In this document: positions 24,380-37,187 of the stretch, in pieces
How positions within the stretch are numbered: position 1 is the first letter of the stretch
Layout of the letters: the number at the start of each line of letters is the position of its first letter
From: Octopus bimaculoides
Taxonomy: Eukaryota
Direction: 5' to 3'
DNA length: 52,154 nt
Assembly (NCBI RefSeq): GCF_001194135.2
Contig: NC_068991.1
Span: 52,322,242-52,374,395, forward strand
Notes under the pieces: model-generated
Seen by the model: the letters and a program-made list of their open reading frames with translations, nothing else
The model's database searches: none
What the model was told of the DNA's origin: nothing
Position numbers and translations under genes: made by a program

Positions 24380-25260
24380 ATGGTCTTCTGATGCCCTATC
24401 GATGCTTGTTGATATAAACTTTAACTCAGCCTCACAAACTACACTACACCATTCCAGGAATGTGATAAAAGTAGGCTGTACTGTCCACTGTACCTGTTTC
24501 AAACAAAATGTTCTGAGCCGTGGAGACAACACAGCACCGGTGGCAGTCTTCAACTTCCAACTTAATTTATCATAATTGTTTCGCAAACTCCAGCCTCCAG
24601 AATTTATCTCATTTCTGAAGTAGTTTGTACATTGCATTATTTTGATGTCGCTGTCGTCACTGTCATCATCATCTTCATCACCACCATCATTCTCATCATC
24701 GTCATCATCACTACTACCACCACCATCACCACCACCACAACCATTATTATCATCATCATCGTCACTATTTTCCAAGAGTTTGATATGGAAGTGTAGCTTA
24801 TCTCTGGAGTAATTTTACAGTCCATTTGTTGGTTCTGCCTGTTTAAGTATGATTTATTTTCATCCCAGTCCCTTAATATCTGCAGCACTGTAGAGAATAG
24901 GAGGACTCTTACCCTTACTTCATATTTCATCTTAGCTTCCTTCACCCCTATCACCTAACGATATTCCATATCAGATGTTGACCAATACACTTTCAACAGC
25001 TCGTAACATTTATAGCCAAAGCACAGTAATGACACATACATATATACATACACACATACATACATACATACATACATACATACATACATACATACATACA
25101 TACATAAATGTATGTATATATGTATGTATGTACGTATGTATGTATGTATGTATGTAAGCAAACATTTGCTTACATTCTCTGATGTTAATATCTTATTCTT
25201 TTTCCATTGAGATTCAATTTCAAGTTCCTTGTCACTGTTATATTCACTGAGCTGTTCCAT
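24380..25260 (-). pseudogene. possible very old RLE-LINE RT remnant interrupted by microsatellites
   Basis: Weak collinear resemblance only (KELEIES cf. KELExxxYKYLG; KMKYEVRVR; ITPEISYTS cf. AVPVITYS). Confidence 0.25.
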
Positions 25261-26691
25261 TCCCCTACTTTATAATATGACATACGACGATTCATCTGTT
25301 AATGTTGTCTTCATATATCATTCATAACTCATTATATACAATCATTCATTCGCTCATTTATTTCCCGCAACTAATCGCCCATTGCGATCATATTAAGTTC
25401 CCCCCCACACACACACATACACACATACACACATACACAAACACACCTCTGTAGCGACACTTCTTCCATTTTTCTTATCTTATGATATCGTTTGAAAAAT
25501 ATTTCATTTTTTTCTTTTCCTATTGATGTTTGACTGTGATTTATTAAACAATCAAATTAATGTTTCTTCTGATTAAACTCGTTCTTATAAAAAGAAATAA
25601 ANNNNNNNNNNGTTCTAATCGCTCCCCCATCTTTACTAATTTTCCAGCCATCCTCTTAATCATCCTTCAGAAAGTACCGCTTTCATTCTTGGTATGTACA
25701 CCATCCCAACTATTATCCTCAACACTATATTTTCCACTCAAACAATTCACCGCACTTCCGTCCCCATTGTTACCAATATTCCATACCGTTAATACAACCT
25801 TCTATGTTTATTCCTTCTTATCACTATCACCGCCACCACCACCACCACTATCACTACCACCATCACCGCATCCCTTTCAAATGATTCACTATCATCTCTG
25901 CTCCTATCACTTTTAACACTGATGCAATATTCCTTTGTGAAGTAATAATTTGCAATCTTATTTCTTGACATTTGTGACTTTTTCTGTATTTCCTGTTTCA
26001 TATAACATAACAGAAGATGCTGGAAGGATTTTTTGCTTTTTTGTTGCTTTGTTTTATTTCGTTTGTTTTGTTTTTTGCTTCGTTTTTTATTGTTGTTTTA
26101 TTTTACATGATTTGTGGAGGAAATTCATAAGTTCGTTGCTTCCTTCTGAATTATGTTAAGTAATCGGATTAGCGACTGTGGATCTCTATGGGTCCAAATC
26201 TAATTCATTGCAAGTAATACCATCAAAAAGTAATTTCTTGCAGCCAATGCAGCAGAGTGCACAAATGTTTCAGCACGAAACTAAGTCCATTATAGTCTTC
26301 AATTTGATTTCATTACGTTTTGAATTCAAATCATCAGTGTTTGCTTCGCCTACATTTCTGCAAGGACGATTTAAAATATTCTTTACTAGTCTATAATTCC
26401 CTCATCTTAAAATATATTATAATACATAATGTCCACGTAGCGGAAGAAACATCAGAGTGTGTTTAGATGGGCCTTTCTTCGTTCCCAAGTATCATTTTTC
26501 ACCTGGTGACGTCTGATGTTAAAGTACCTATAAGGCATTGAAGTCGCTACAACCGACTAGCATCCACGCAGCCTTCAAAGAAAATTCACTTGGTGCCAAT
26601 TTAAACAATATATAACAGTTTTACAGAGTCGCTAAATTTTGGAATAAAACTAGAAAGTTCGGGGCATAAAACTTCCAAAACATTTATACTA

Positions 26692-26846
26692 AGTCATGGC
26701 TGTGTGGCAAGAAGCTTGCCTCTCAACCGCATGGTTCCGGGTTTCAGTCCCACTGCGTGGTACTTTGAGCAAGCGTCTTTCTGCTATAGCCTTGGGCCGA
26801 CCGAAGCCTTGTAAGTGGATTTGGTAAACGGAAACTGTAAGAAGCC
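26692..26846 (+). mobile_element. SINE family A 5' part, truncated at the inverted-repeat element
   Basis: Head and CORE-like segment; shares 5' flank and private variants with the 23431 copy. Confidence 0.9.
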
Positions 26847-27075
26847 TGATTACATCCTTGTATTTCGTCAACATACTCATGCCGTTCTCCTGCCTGTAAC
26901 TAAATAGAATAACGGCATTCACTGACAGCACAGCTTATATTAGGATTGAGGGTGTTAATGACTCACTAATTAAAAAGTGTTAATTATTCCTTAATTAAAA
27001 CATAAACGGCAACGATGTAGGTAATTAGAAGTTTCCCTGGAGCAATCTACCCCGTGTTGATTTAAACAGACATTA

Positions 27076-27213
27076 CATCGACTCGACCTCGCTACTCAAC
27101 TGGATGAAAAGCAAAGTCGATCTCAGTGGAATTTGAACTCAGACCGTAAAGACGGTCGAAATACCACTAAGCATTTTTCCCAGCGTGCTAACTATTCTGC
27201 CAGCTCACCGCCG
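27076..27213 (-). mobile_element. SINE family B 5' part
   Basis: GGATGAAAAGCAAAGTCGATCTCAGTGGAATTTGAACTCAG...TTCTGCCAGCTCACCGCC. Confidence 0.85.
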
Positions 27214-27774
27214 TTGCTAACATGAATCAATTAACGATAACACAGACCCAGAAGTGAAGCTGCTGGCACAATGAACATGCAGTGAAGTTTTCAATTCCTG
27301 ATTAAAGAGAATTCACTTCATTTAAAACCCTTGAGAGAACCATGAACACTATGCATCTAATTTTCCTTGTACATATTAGAGTTACCTAATGTCTGCATAA
27401 ACCAGAATTAGCGCAACCATTCCATTTGTGATCGTTCTTATTTTTTTCTTAATTCGTCCTTAAATTCAATCTGTAACAACAATTACTTCGTTACAAATAA
27501 CTAAAACAGTTGGTCCTCAATCTTTTGAACTTCATAAGACATGAAGGATTAGATAAAAAAAATTTCATTTGAAGTTACCATGGAAAGTTCAAAACAAAAA
27601 AGAACTCCTTAATCTAACAAAAATATAATAATACTGTTTTAAAAGTAAGCTATTACCTATATATTTTAATTAAATCGTACTGTGGTTATGCAAAACTAGG
27701 AATAACACCTTTTTAAACGATGAAGTATGACTCTGTTTGTGTGTGTATAAAACATACATACATACAGACAGACA

Positions 27775-27814
<40 letters not shown>

Positions 27815-28018
27815 AATACATACATACATACATACATATATACATACACAAACATGTGTGTGTGTGTNNNNNNNNNNTATATATATATACACACACACAC
27901 AAAATGTGGGGGTTTAGTTCTAGGTACGCTAGGCAAGTGCTGTAACGGATTACTAGAGCTCCATGATTATAGCCGAGACGGTAGTTATGGGGCCATTGTA
28001 GATTTCCGATATAGCGGA

Positions 28019-28641
28019 TATATAATTATTAAAGAGGACAACAAACGTTAAGGCATGACAAACATCTCAAGTTATATACATTAATGGAAAAAAATTCAAA
28101 GTCTTACAGCTGTTTCTGGAATATCCCAGAGAATGGAATATTCCGACATCGGAAATGAGAAGGGTATAGATTAAGGAAATGACGACATAGAAAACAGGAG
28201 AGTAGGAATAAGGGAAGAAAAGAGAGGGAAGAAAAAAGAGGCATAAAAGTTCACAGTTCAACTTTCCGATCGTATAGAAGTAAGTCCGTCAGTCCTTAAG
28301 TGCAATTCTGTGTAACCTACATGGATTTACACAGGATTGCATCTAAGGACTTGCGGACTTACTTCTACACTATCAGAAAGTTGAACTGTGAATTTTTATA
28401 CCTCTTTTTTCTTCCCTTTCTTCATCTCCTTATTCCTTCTCTCCTGTCCTCTATGTCGCCATTTCAGTAATCTGTACTCTTCTCATTTTCCCTATTTGTC
28501 TCCGATGACGGAATATCTCATACTCTGGGATTTCCCAGAAACAGCTGTAAGACTTTGAATTTTTTTCCTATAATAATAACGTATATGACTTGAGATATTT
28601 GCCTTGCCATAACGTTTGTTGTCCTCTTTAACAACTATATA
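28019..28641. mobile_element. ~620-bp palindromic foldback element (MITE-like), TA-flanked
   Basis: Left arm TATAATTATTAAAGAGGACAACAAACGTTA... pairs with right arm ...TAACGTTTGTTGTCCTCTTTAACAACTATA all the way to a short loop near 28318-28328. Confidence 0.85.
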
Positions 28642-28684
28642 CACACATATATATATGTATGTACGTATTTGTGTGTGTGTGTAT

Positions 28685-28744
<60 letters not shown>

Positions 28745-28947
28745 TTGTATGCATGCATACATTCAATCACACTTATTAAAATTAGTTGTTGTAAATCAAA
28801 GCCTTCCTGTTTATGCAACATATGTGTAGGAGCTAACGAGCGTAATTTTACCCCTGAAGTAGCAAATATACCTTTGATATATTTACATACTGAGATAGCG
28901 ATAAATTGTATAGAAGGTTTTCTGTATTCCTTCACTGAATCTATTGA

Positions 28948-29160
28948 TTTCAAGTTTTGGCATAAGGGTAGCAATTTCTGGGCCGGGGATAAGTCGATTA
29001 CATCGACCCCAGCCCTCAAGGGGTATTTGTTTTATCGATCCTGAAAGGATAAAAGGCAAAGTAGACCTTGGCGGTATTTGAACTCAAAACGTAAAGACGG
29101 GTGAAATGTGCTGAGCATTTTGCCCGGCGTGCTAACGATTCTGCCAGCTCACCGCCTTAA
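28948..29160 (-). mobile_element. SINE family B with TSD
   Basis: Full-length reverse copy; TCACTGAAT(C/A)TATTGA at 28932-28947 and 29164-29179. Confidence 0.9.
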
Positions 29161-30506
29161 CACTCACTGAATATATTGAGATTGCTTTACACAAGACATT
29201 ATTCATATTACTGCTAATGTCTGTTTAAACCAGCACGGGGTAGATTGCTCCAGGGAAACTTCTAATTACCTACATCGTTGCCGTTTACGTTTTTAATTGA
29301 AGAATAATTAACACTTTTTAATTAGTGAGTCATTAATACCCTCAATCCTAATATAAACTGTGCTGTCAGTGAATGCCGTTATTCTATTTAGTCACAGGCA
29401 GGGGAACGGCATGAGTATGTCGACGAAATACAGGGTTTACTCCCTCCTGCTTTTTGTCGATTATCATTACAAAACAATCGAGATTTAAGTTGTTTAGTTT
29501 GTCCATATTTATTAAACGTTATCCTTCAGATCTGCCGTTTAATTTGTCATCTCGTGAATCTTTTTATATAAAAACATTGTAACACACAAGACTTGATGAC
29601 TTTATCGCTAAGATATAAGGGAACCTCTACATGGTTGCCGTATATTCTGGAAATAGCAAACACATCACACACACACACACACATACATACACCACCCTTC
29701 CATCTTGAAATAGATAATAGTCCTTGACAGACAGTATGATGGTCCTGAATGGAATTCTTTTGATCATAATAAGTCTGTATGCTCAATCAGAGGTGTCCGT
29801 GAGGTAGATTTAAAAACAACCTTTACAATTTATCCTCTCCTGTATTTTATTGCGTTTTCAAGTAAGACTGTCACTGTGATTATCTGGTTTTTCTGTGACA
29901 ATAACCTCCAGTACAGTGAATAAATCCATGAATTCACCTCCATGGATCTCGGCACGATGTGAGTCAGCGTCGACGTCGAAAATATCTGGTAGAGACCAGA
30001 AGAAAAGTAAGAGGAAGTACAAGCTTTATCAATATTCACCATTCTGGAAATTAACGTGGGTGAGCTATTATTGCTATGTCAAAAGTAAGTCACACTCACC
30101 AACGAAAAGTGGCGCCTCACAATGGATCTACTGTTTATTTCTCTCTCTTTCTCATTCTCTTTCTCCTAGTCATCGAATTGTTGACACAGAAACTTAAAGT
30201 CCTGAATGTAAGCCTCCATATCTGTGTAATTTAACTGATGTGTGTGTGTGTGTGTGTGTGTCCGTGTCTGTGTGTGTGCGCGCGCGCATGTGTGTGCTAT
30301 ATATTTACTGTTTTCAGCATGTTTTGGCCGTTTAACTCAGACATATTTTTCTCCATCTATTTTTTCTTTCTATGCAAGAGTACAGGCTCGAAACGTTAAA
30401 GACTTCTTCCATTTTTCTGAACTTCAACAATTTAATACAACCTGTTTATTGTTCTTTCACCTCTCATTGTGTTTTCTTTATTTTCGGATCATNNNNNNNN
30501 NNNNNN

Positions 30507-30547
<41 letters not shown>

Positions 30548-30759
30548 ATGATTTCAGACTCACCGAGTGTGCTTGACTAACGTTAGTTACACGAAGCCTT
30601 TGGGTATTGGAAGATAATCGTTTAACCATGTTGCCAAAACACTATTTTATTCATATCTTACACACACACACACACACACACATATTTATGTTTGTATCCA
30701 TGTATATGTATATGTACATGTATATATAAAGATACACACCTACACACATATATTTGTAT

Positions 30760-30804
<45 letters not shown>

Positions 30805-30886
30805 CACACACACCTAGACACACATGTGTATACATACATGCACGCATGCATGCATACATACATACATACATACATACATACATACA

Positions 30887-30918
<32 letters not shown>

Positions 30919-32049
30919 GGTATTGGTTTACCGTTCCGTAAGCAATTGACGTAAATGCACTAAGCATTAACAGAAATAATCAGAAGCTTATTAATTATAT
31001 TTGCTTTGGTTAAGTTACTATTTTCACGCTTTAATCACCAACGTAAATGTTGTATATCATCTACGACAATGACGTCAATTGTTTCATTTAAATAAATTGT
31101 GATTCTAAGTAAAGTAACCACAGAAATGATTTACAACAGTCCGTGAAGAACAAGATTTGAATGGGAAAAGCCAGATAGTTTACTTGTCTTGCAAACAGTA
31201 AAATAGTGTTTTTCATGTTCTTAAAGATAGCATTGCAGCTGATATCATACTCAGTCGTTTGACAAAAAAAGGGAAGGACACTTTCGATACACGTCACCAA
31301 TGAAGCCATGTATTCTGAGAATATCCAGAAATTTTTTAATTTCTAAAAAGCCGAAAAGTTCCTGATTTTTGATAAAACCGAATTTTCCTTCTAATACGTT
31401 GGTAAATGTCTGCAGGAGAAGTAAATGTCCTTGGATGATAATTATTACCAATTCTGTAACTATTGTGACACATTTACACTGTGGATTTCTATTCCACGAC
31501 TCTCTAAATTGTTACTATCAAATTCGTTTTAATCTCCTTCCACTCGCCATTATAATGCTCTTCTAATTTTCTCTAAAATTACTTCCTTTGGAACTGCTCT
31601 CTTTCATATATCTTTTTCACAGTATTTACTAAACAAGAACAGTTAAAATTGCGATATAAATCTGATTAAAACTTCTCCGTGGTGTAAGCTTGATGTAAAA
31701 AATCATCTTTTTTAATAACACTGACACATTCTTTTAGTCATTAAATTATATCATAAGACGCTTTTCATAATCAAAAATTGTTAATTCATCAAGACATGCT
31801 TGTCAAGAAACGCTAATATCTGGAAATAAAAAGATCAGAAGTTAGGTCTGAAAATTTTGGAAATCACCATGGCTAAACAGAAAAGGTAAATTCTTAATTA
31901 TTCTATTTGCATTAGGTTTCTCATTTCTCCTGTATTTGCAAGTAGTTTTAAATAACTGTAACCAAAAATGCCCTTTGGAAAACTAAGGTTTCTTCACGCA
32001 AATTATATTCGTAATATTCCTGCGCACGCTCAAAGAATCAACAAAACAT

Positions 32050-33150
32050 ACTTCGTGGGACCATCTACGTGAATGCTCAACCTGCTAGAAATATCCTTAT
32101 ATTTCAAAAACTTTCTACAGAATCCGAGTTGTTCCTAGTAAGTCTGTCTTCTAAAGATGTTCTGTACGTATCTCACTCGCAAATTTCCCAGTCCATGTTT
32201 TTATTTCTGTTGTTACTGTTCCTAAGGCATCCAAATCCACTAGTATTGGTCTGATTTTTTTCGTGCCTCACATTTTGTAAATCTGTCTCTGTTTTCATAA
32301 GATTCGACCTTTTTTTTTCATTTTCACAGAAACTGTTATTCGCAAGTAATCCTACATTAGTTTTTCAACAGACGCATTTTCCTCTTTTTCAACAATAACA
32401 ATACCAAGTCTTCTTCTCATGTCTTTTACAACCACATTCGATATGGAAGCTCCGAAGTAGTCTCACTTCATCTGATTCTGTCAGGGTCGGGCTGGTGCTC
32501 ATATTACTCTTATGTTCTCTTAAGTTTGTTTCTCGTACAACTTCTACTGTACAACTGGGACAAGGTTATCCTGCCTCCTTTTGTGCTAATATACTTATTG
32601 CACACACTCACAATACGACTGACTTTCATTCTATACAGTTTATAGAATTCTGTCGACGGTTTTGTCGATGTTATATCTCATATAATTAATTCTAAGAGAT
32701 TACACTTGTACTGCACGTAATAAAGCCAAATCTTTCCAACCATTCCAATGGCGCTTATTCAGCTCCTTCTCTCCCACTTCTGTTATCAATTAGTCGAATA
32801 TTGATTTAATCCATCTACTTTTTTCTTCTTCCGTTCTTTTCTTACCGTTCTTTTCAATGCAAACTTCAGTCTGGAAAATGCCACATTGTTTCATTGCCAT
32901 CAACCAGGATTCAGCACGGTTCTTCATGGACCAAACAAGATTATTTTCTTCTTTTTAAACAGTTTTCACAATTTATCAAACTGCTGATTCTCAGAAGATG
33001 AATTCCGTAGACGTCACGTTTTGGATACAGTGCACCATTCACAGCCATTATCTTTCGTCTATTAACGGTGCATTACTCCTAATCACTTCTTTTGCTTCAC
33101 TTGATACTCCCAACTGTGTGCTTCATCATCGAAGCAGCCCACTAGTTCAT
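32050..33150 (-). pseudogene. degenerate R4/Dong-like LINE 3' half
   Basis: GALYPKRDVYGIHL (cf. GALHPKSDVDRLY), ALLRAVQV*SLRINYMRYNIDKT (cf. AAQEQALRTNYIKYNIDKT), LAQKE, and ALGTVT...KTDLLGTTRIL..KVFEI* (stop ~32097-32099). Confidence 0.75.
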
Positions 33151-33371
33151 TGTTAGAGTCTGCTCTTTTTTATTCAATTTTCTTTAAAAAAAAAACAAAA
33201 AAAACTTCGATCTTCTAAATATTCTTTTTTGAAAGCATTTTTCAGTTCATTTTCTTTGAACTGCTTCCAATGTACTTCAAAATGTGTATCCACCCCACCT
33301 TTCATCTCCCACACATTTAGTAACACCATCATTGATCCAGAAATCCATTCCTACACATTTAATGAATACAT

Positions 33372-33737
33372 TGTCTATTTATCTCGCCTTGAAGAAATTT
33401 AGCGAAACAAATCTACCCTGGTACTTATTCTTTGTAAGCCTAGTACTTATTCTATCGGTCTCTCTTACCGAACCGCTAGGTTACGGAGACGTAAACACAC
33501 CGGCATCGGTTGTCAGGCGATGTTGGGGGGACAAACACACACGCACAAACGCGCGCGCACACATATATATATACATACGACGGGCCTCTTTCAGTTTCCG
33601 TCTACCAAGTCCACTCACAAGGCTTTGGCCCGAGGCTATAGTAGAAGACACTTGCCCAAGGTGCCACCCAGTGGAACTGAACCCGGAACCATGTGGTTGG
33701 TAAGCAAGCTACTTACCACACAGCCACTCCTGTGCCT
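33372..33737 (-). mobile_element. SINE family A
   Basis: Reverse-complement full copy with internal (CA)/(TA) tract. Confidence 0.9.
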
Positions 33738-33752
33738 ATATGTGTGCGTATG

Positions 33753-33791
<39 letters not shown>

Positions 33792-34282
33792 ATGTATGTA
33801 TGTGTATATATATAAATTATACTATTTTATAGATATTGTTATTAATTAACAATCCTCGTAGACAGGCTAGAATCGAAGTGCTCAAATTGAGCTAAGTTCC
33901 AATTTATAATTTGAGTGGAGGCAATATGAGCGGAAAACTAGAGGAATATGACCTATTATCCAGCAGAATATTCAATATATATGTACACTTACTTCGACAT
34001 TAATAAAGCAACATAAAGCTCAACTTAATAGAAGTATTAATAACATACAAGCATATAGACATTTATATATTTTTATAAGCCCGCAAATATCTAAAAATAT
34101 TTTAAAACATTTATAAATACATAGGCATTTTTAAAAATATATAAGTAAAATAAGTACAAAATATATACATAATAAGATATAAAAGCGTCGATATTATATA
34201 AGACATAGTGAATTATAAATTCATATGATATACTATATAAATTCATATATATACTGCCTGGAATCTTGTTTTTTTTTTTTCT

Positions 34283-34930
34283 GTTGTTATTCCGTAGTGT
34301 TGGCATAGCTTCCAGTAGGTCCCAACTCTGTCATATCTGTGAATATATTCCTTCTTAGCCAGGACTGGGCAGCCAGAGACAGTGTCAGCTATTGTTTCTT
34401 CTCCATCAGCGTTTCGGCTGATATATTCTGCAGTTACTTGTTATGTTTCTTTTCATAAGTTTTTGGTAATTTCTGGTGGGGAGGCTTTGGTCTTGTGCTG
34501 CATTAAAAATCCTTCAGTCTCTGCTTTGAGTCCTTCGCTTCTCAACCATTGTTGGGATTTTTCTCTGTCTATTTCTTTTGCATTTAGTTTAACCCAGTAT
34601 TTGCCATGAAGGGGCTTTTCTTGCCATCGTCTTTTCATGATCTGTTGCTGTTCTAAATAGTTTGGATTTCAGTTGTTTTACAGCTTTTGTTGTTTCTTCT
34701 TTTTCTTTATAGTTGTTAGGTAGTATGACTTCTTGTTTGTATTTGTCAGTTTCCTTAAAGACTGAAAACAGTTTTTCGTTTTGTTCGTGTTTTTTGGCTA
34801 TTTGAATTAGTTTTCCTTGCTTCTGAAGAAGGCATTTTTGTATTCCTATGGTGGTTATTTTGCAATAGTTTTCTAGCTGTATAAGGCCTCTACCACCTTC
34901 TATACGTTGTATATATAACCTGAAAAACTC
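34283..34930 (-). pseudogene. R4/Dong-like LINE internal fragment (post-RT region to CCHC zinc knuckle)
   Basis: YIQRIEGGRGLIQLENY, WQEKPLHGKYW...WLRSEGLKAETEGF, then frameshifted ...SGCPVLAKKEYIH motifs. Confidence 0.85.
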
Positions 34931-34934
34931 GCAG

Positions 34935-35078
34935 CTTATTTTGCTGGGTAAGATGGAAAGTGTCAGCTGTCCACAGCCAGTAGACTAAGGTGACATTTGT
35001 TAACTGGTCATGCTTCAATAACCCTGCAGAGAATTCTTGCAATTCCAAGCAATGATGATTTTTTTAGGTGTTCTACCT
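34935..35078 (-). mobile_element. R4/Dong-like LINE extreme 3' end plus 3' UTR
   Basis: IKVEHLKKSSLLGIARILCRVIEA* followed by a UTR-like sequence. Confidence 0.7.
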
Positions 35079-35094
35079 TTATTATTATTATAGC

Positions 35095-35270
35095 ACATCG
35101 GGCAAAATGCTTAGCGGTATTTCGCCTGTCGCTACGTTGTAAGTTGAAATTCTGCCGAGGTCGACTTTACCTTTCATCCTTTTGGGGTTGATAAATTAAG
35201 TATCAATGGAACACTGGGATTGATGTCATTGACTGATCCCCTCCACCAATTTCAGGCTTTGTGCCTACAG
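35095..35270 (+). mobile_element. SINE family B with compound trinucleotide tail to ~35440
   Basis: GGGCAAAATGCTTAGCGGTATTTCG...CAGGCTTTGTGCCTA, then (TAT)n(TGT)n. Confidence 0.85.
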
Positions 35271-35272
35271 TA

Positions 35273-35327
<55 letters not shown>

Positions 35328-35350
35328 GTTATTGTTGTTGTTGGTGTTGG

Positions 35351-35384
<34 letters not shown>

Positions 35385-35849
35385 GCTATCAGCAGTAGCA
35401 GTACTAGTATTAGTATTTGTTGTTGTTGTTGTTGTTGTTTTGTTCTGTTTATAACTAAGACATTCGGAACATTTCAATGTCTGCTCCATCATCCCAAGAA
35501 GGTTTTTCGTTATTTATTTATTATATAGATATGTTTTTAGCAAACATCCACTTTATTTGTTTGTAACTGGTTCAATATGGCCAACTGTGAAGTAGCGGGG
35601 ATGGATACTGGTCACAAACACGTCCTCCGATACATTGAAAGCACGAGAAATGATTTTGAAAAAGATAAATGAAAGGTAAAATATACAATGAAACAGATTT
35701 ATCGGCCTGCATAGTAAAATGTTGGTTTTAGAAATGTAGAGTTGTACAGGTGATGTGCTGGGGACGGTGACCGGTGGCAGATGGGAGAGGAAAGGACTTC
35801 ATACGTTTGGAAACATCCCTAGAATGATCTCGCCCGGTGAGTAGAAGAT

Positions 35850-36080
35850 TGGAATGGTATAATCGCCGCACGGTTTGTTGTAGGCAATGAGTGTAAGTGG
35901 CTTGTATATTATTGGACAGTAAATTATAAACCTGAAGATTTAGAGGTTCCTGGCATTTTAGCGTTTAGGAATCAATGGTGTTATTCTCCCACTTGTAAGC
36001 ACCTGAGTGTTGATTCTGATCTGTTTAACCAACTTAGAGAACGCTTCCACCACGTACACATGGATATTGGTTAAGGTGTT
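35850..36080 (-). pseudogene. old RLE-LINE RT N-terminal remnant
   Basis: VLTSGRITPLIPK...FIIYCPIIYKPLT (cf. WLTSGRTxLIPK...NYRPITCLPxIYKLLT). Confidence 0.5.
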
Positions 36081-36709
36081 TCAGCCAAAAAATATTAACC
36101 TTGTCAATTTCTTGCCGTTCTTAATGCGTTAATAAGATCTTTCTCGCCCCTACATTCGGCTCGAACGGTAAAGGGAGTTCATGTATTTTTGTCTTTCCCC
36201 TTTTTTTCTGATTCATTTCTATTATTTTATTGCCTTTAATGTTTTTGTTCCACACTTTCCCCTGTATGCTTCAGTTTCTTTTTATATCCATGTGGTTGTC
36301 ATTACTTTTTTTAATATCCCTATAAAATCTAATGGTATTTCATTCCAGTACCTTGTTCTCCTGGAAGAATCGCACCCGTTATTCCAACCGCATTATCCTT
36401 CATCTTTTTGCTGATCTTACTTCCAGATTATCTTCATTTTTATTGATATTTTTATTTGGGTCGTTTTATATATATATTCATTTCATGTTAGATCCTCTCT
36501 TTTCAATTCACTAACAGTAGTTTTTTTTTTTGTTTTTTATCAATTTATGTAGAATACTTTCTTTAACTTCTTTTTGTGGGGCAGAATAGCTGAGGAGAGT
36601 TTCTTGCATTATTCTGTTATATCTGATTATTCCTTCTTAGAACTGTTTGCTAGTATGCCTTCTTTGTTTTACCTCGATCCCAGTTTAATGACTTTGGTAT
36701 TTTCTCTTC

Positions 36710-36750
36710 TCCTTCTTCTCCTTCTTCTTCTTCTCCTTCTTCTTCTTATA

Positions 36751-36806
<56 letters not shown>

Positions 36807-36819
36807 CATCATTATTTTT

Positions 36820-36908
<89 letters not shown>
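36710..36908. repeat. (CTT)n-(ATT)n-(ATC)n compound array
   Basis: Directly visible. Confidence 0.95.
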
Positions 36909-37061
36909 TGCGAGCTGGCAGAATCGTTAGCACGCTGGACGAAATGCTTAGTGGTATTTCACCCGTTGCTACGTTCTCAGTTCAGATTTCGCTGGGGTCG
37001 ATGAAATCGACTAGACCCCTCTCACCAAATTTCAGGCCTTGTGCCTTTAGTAGAAAGGATT

Positions 37062-37159
<98 letters not shown>

Positions 37160-37187
37160 GGCGGCGAGCTGGCAGAATCGTTAGTAT
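36909..37187 (+). mobile_element. SINE family B copy, (CAT)(TAT) tail, then the head of a second copy running into the gap
   Basis: GCGAGCTGGCAGAATCGTTAG occurs at ~36910 and ~37163. Confidence 0.85.

Larger units (their letters stand above)
26856..29435. mobile_element. non-autonomous element bounded by ~220-bp inverted repeats
   Basis: 26856-27075 is the reverse complement of 29215-29435, with about ten differences counted by eye. No coding capacity inside and no clean TSD. Confidence 0.75.

Noticed and set aside
35750-35836. 87-nt frame-preserving exon candidate (CAG|...CCG|GTGAGT)
   Set aside because: The acceptor lacks a pyrimidine tract, and the segment abuts and probably belongs to an antisense LINE RT remnant.
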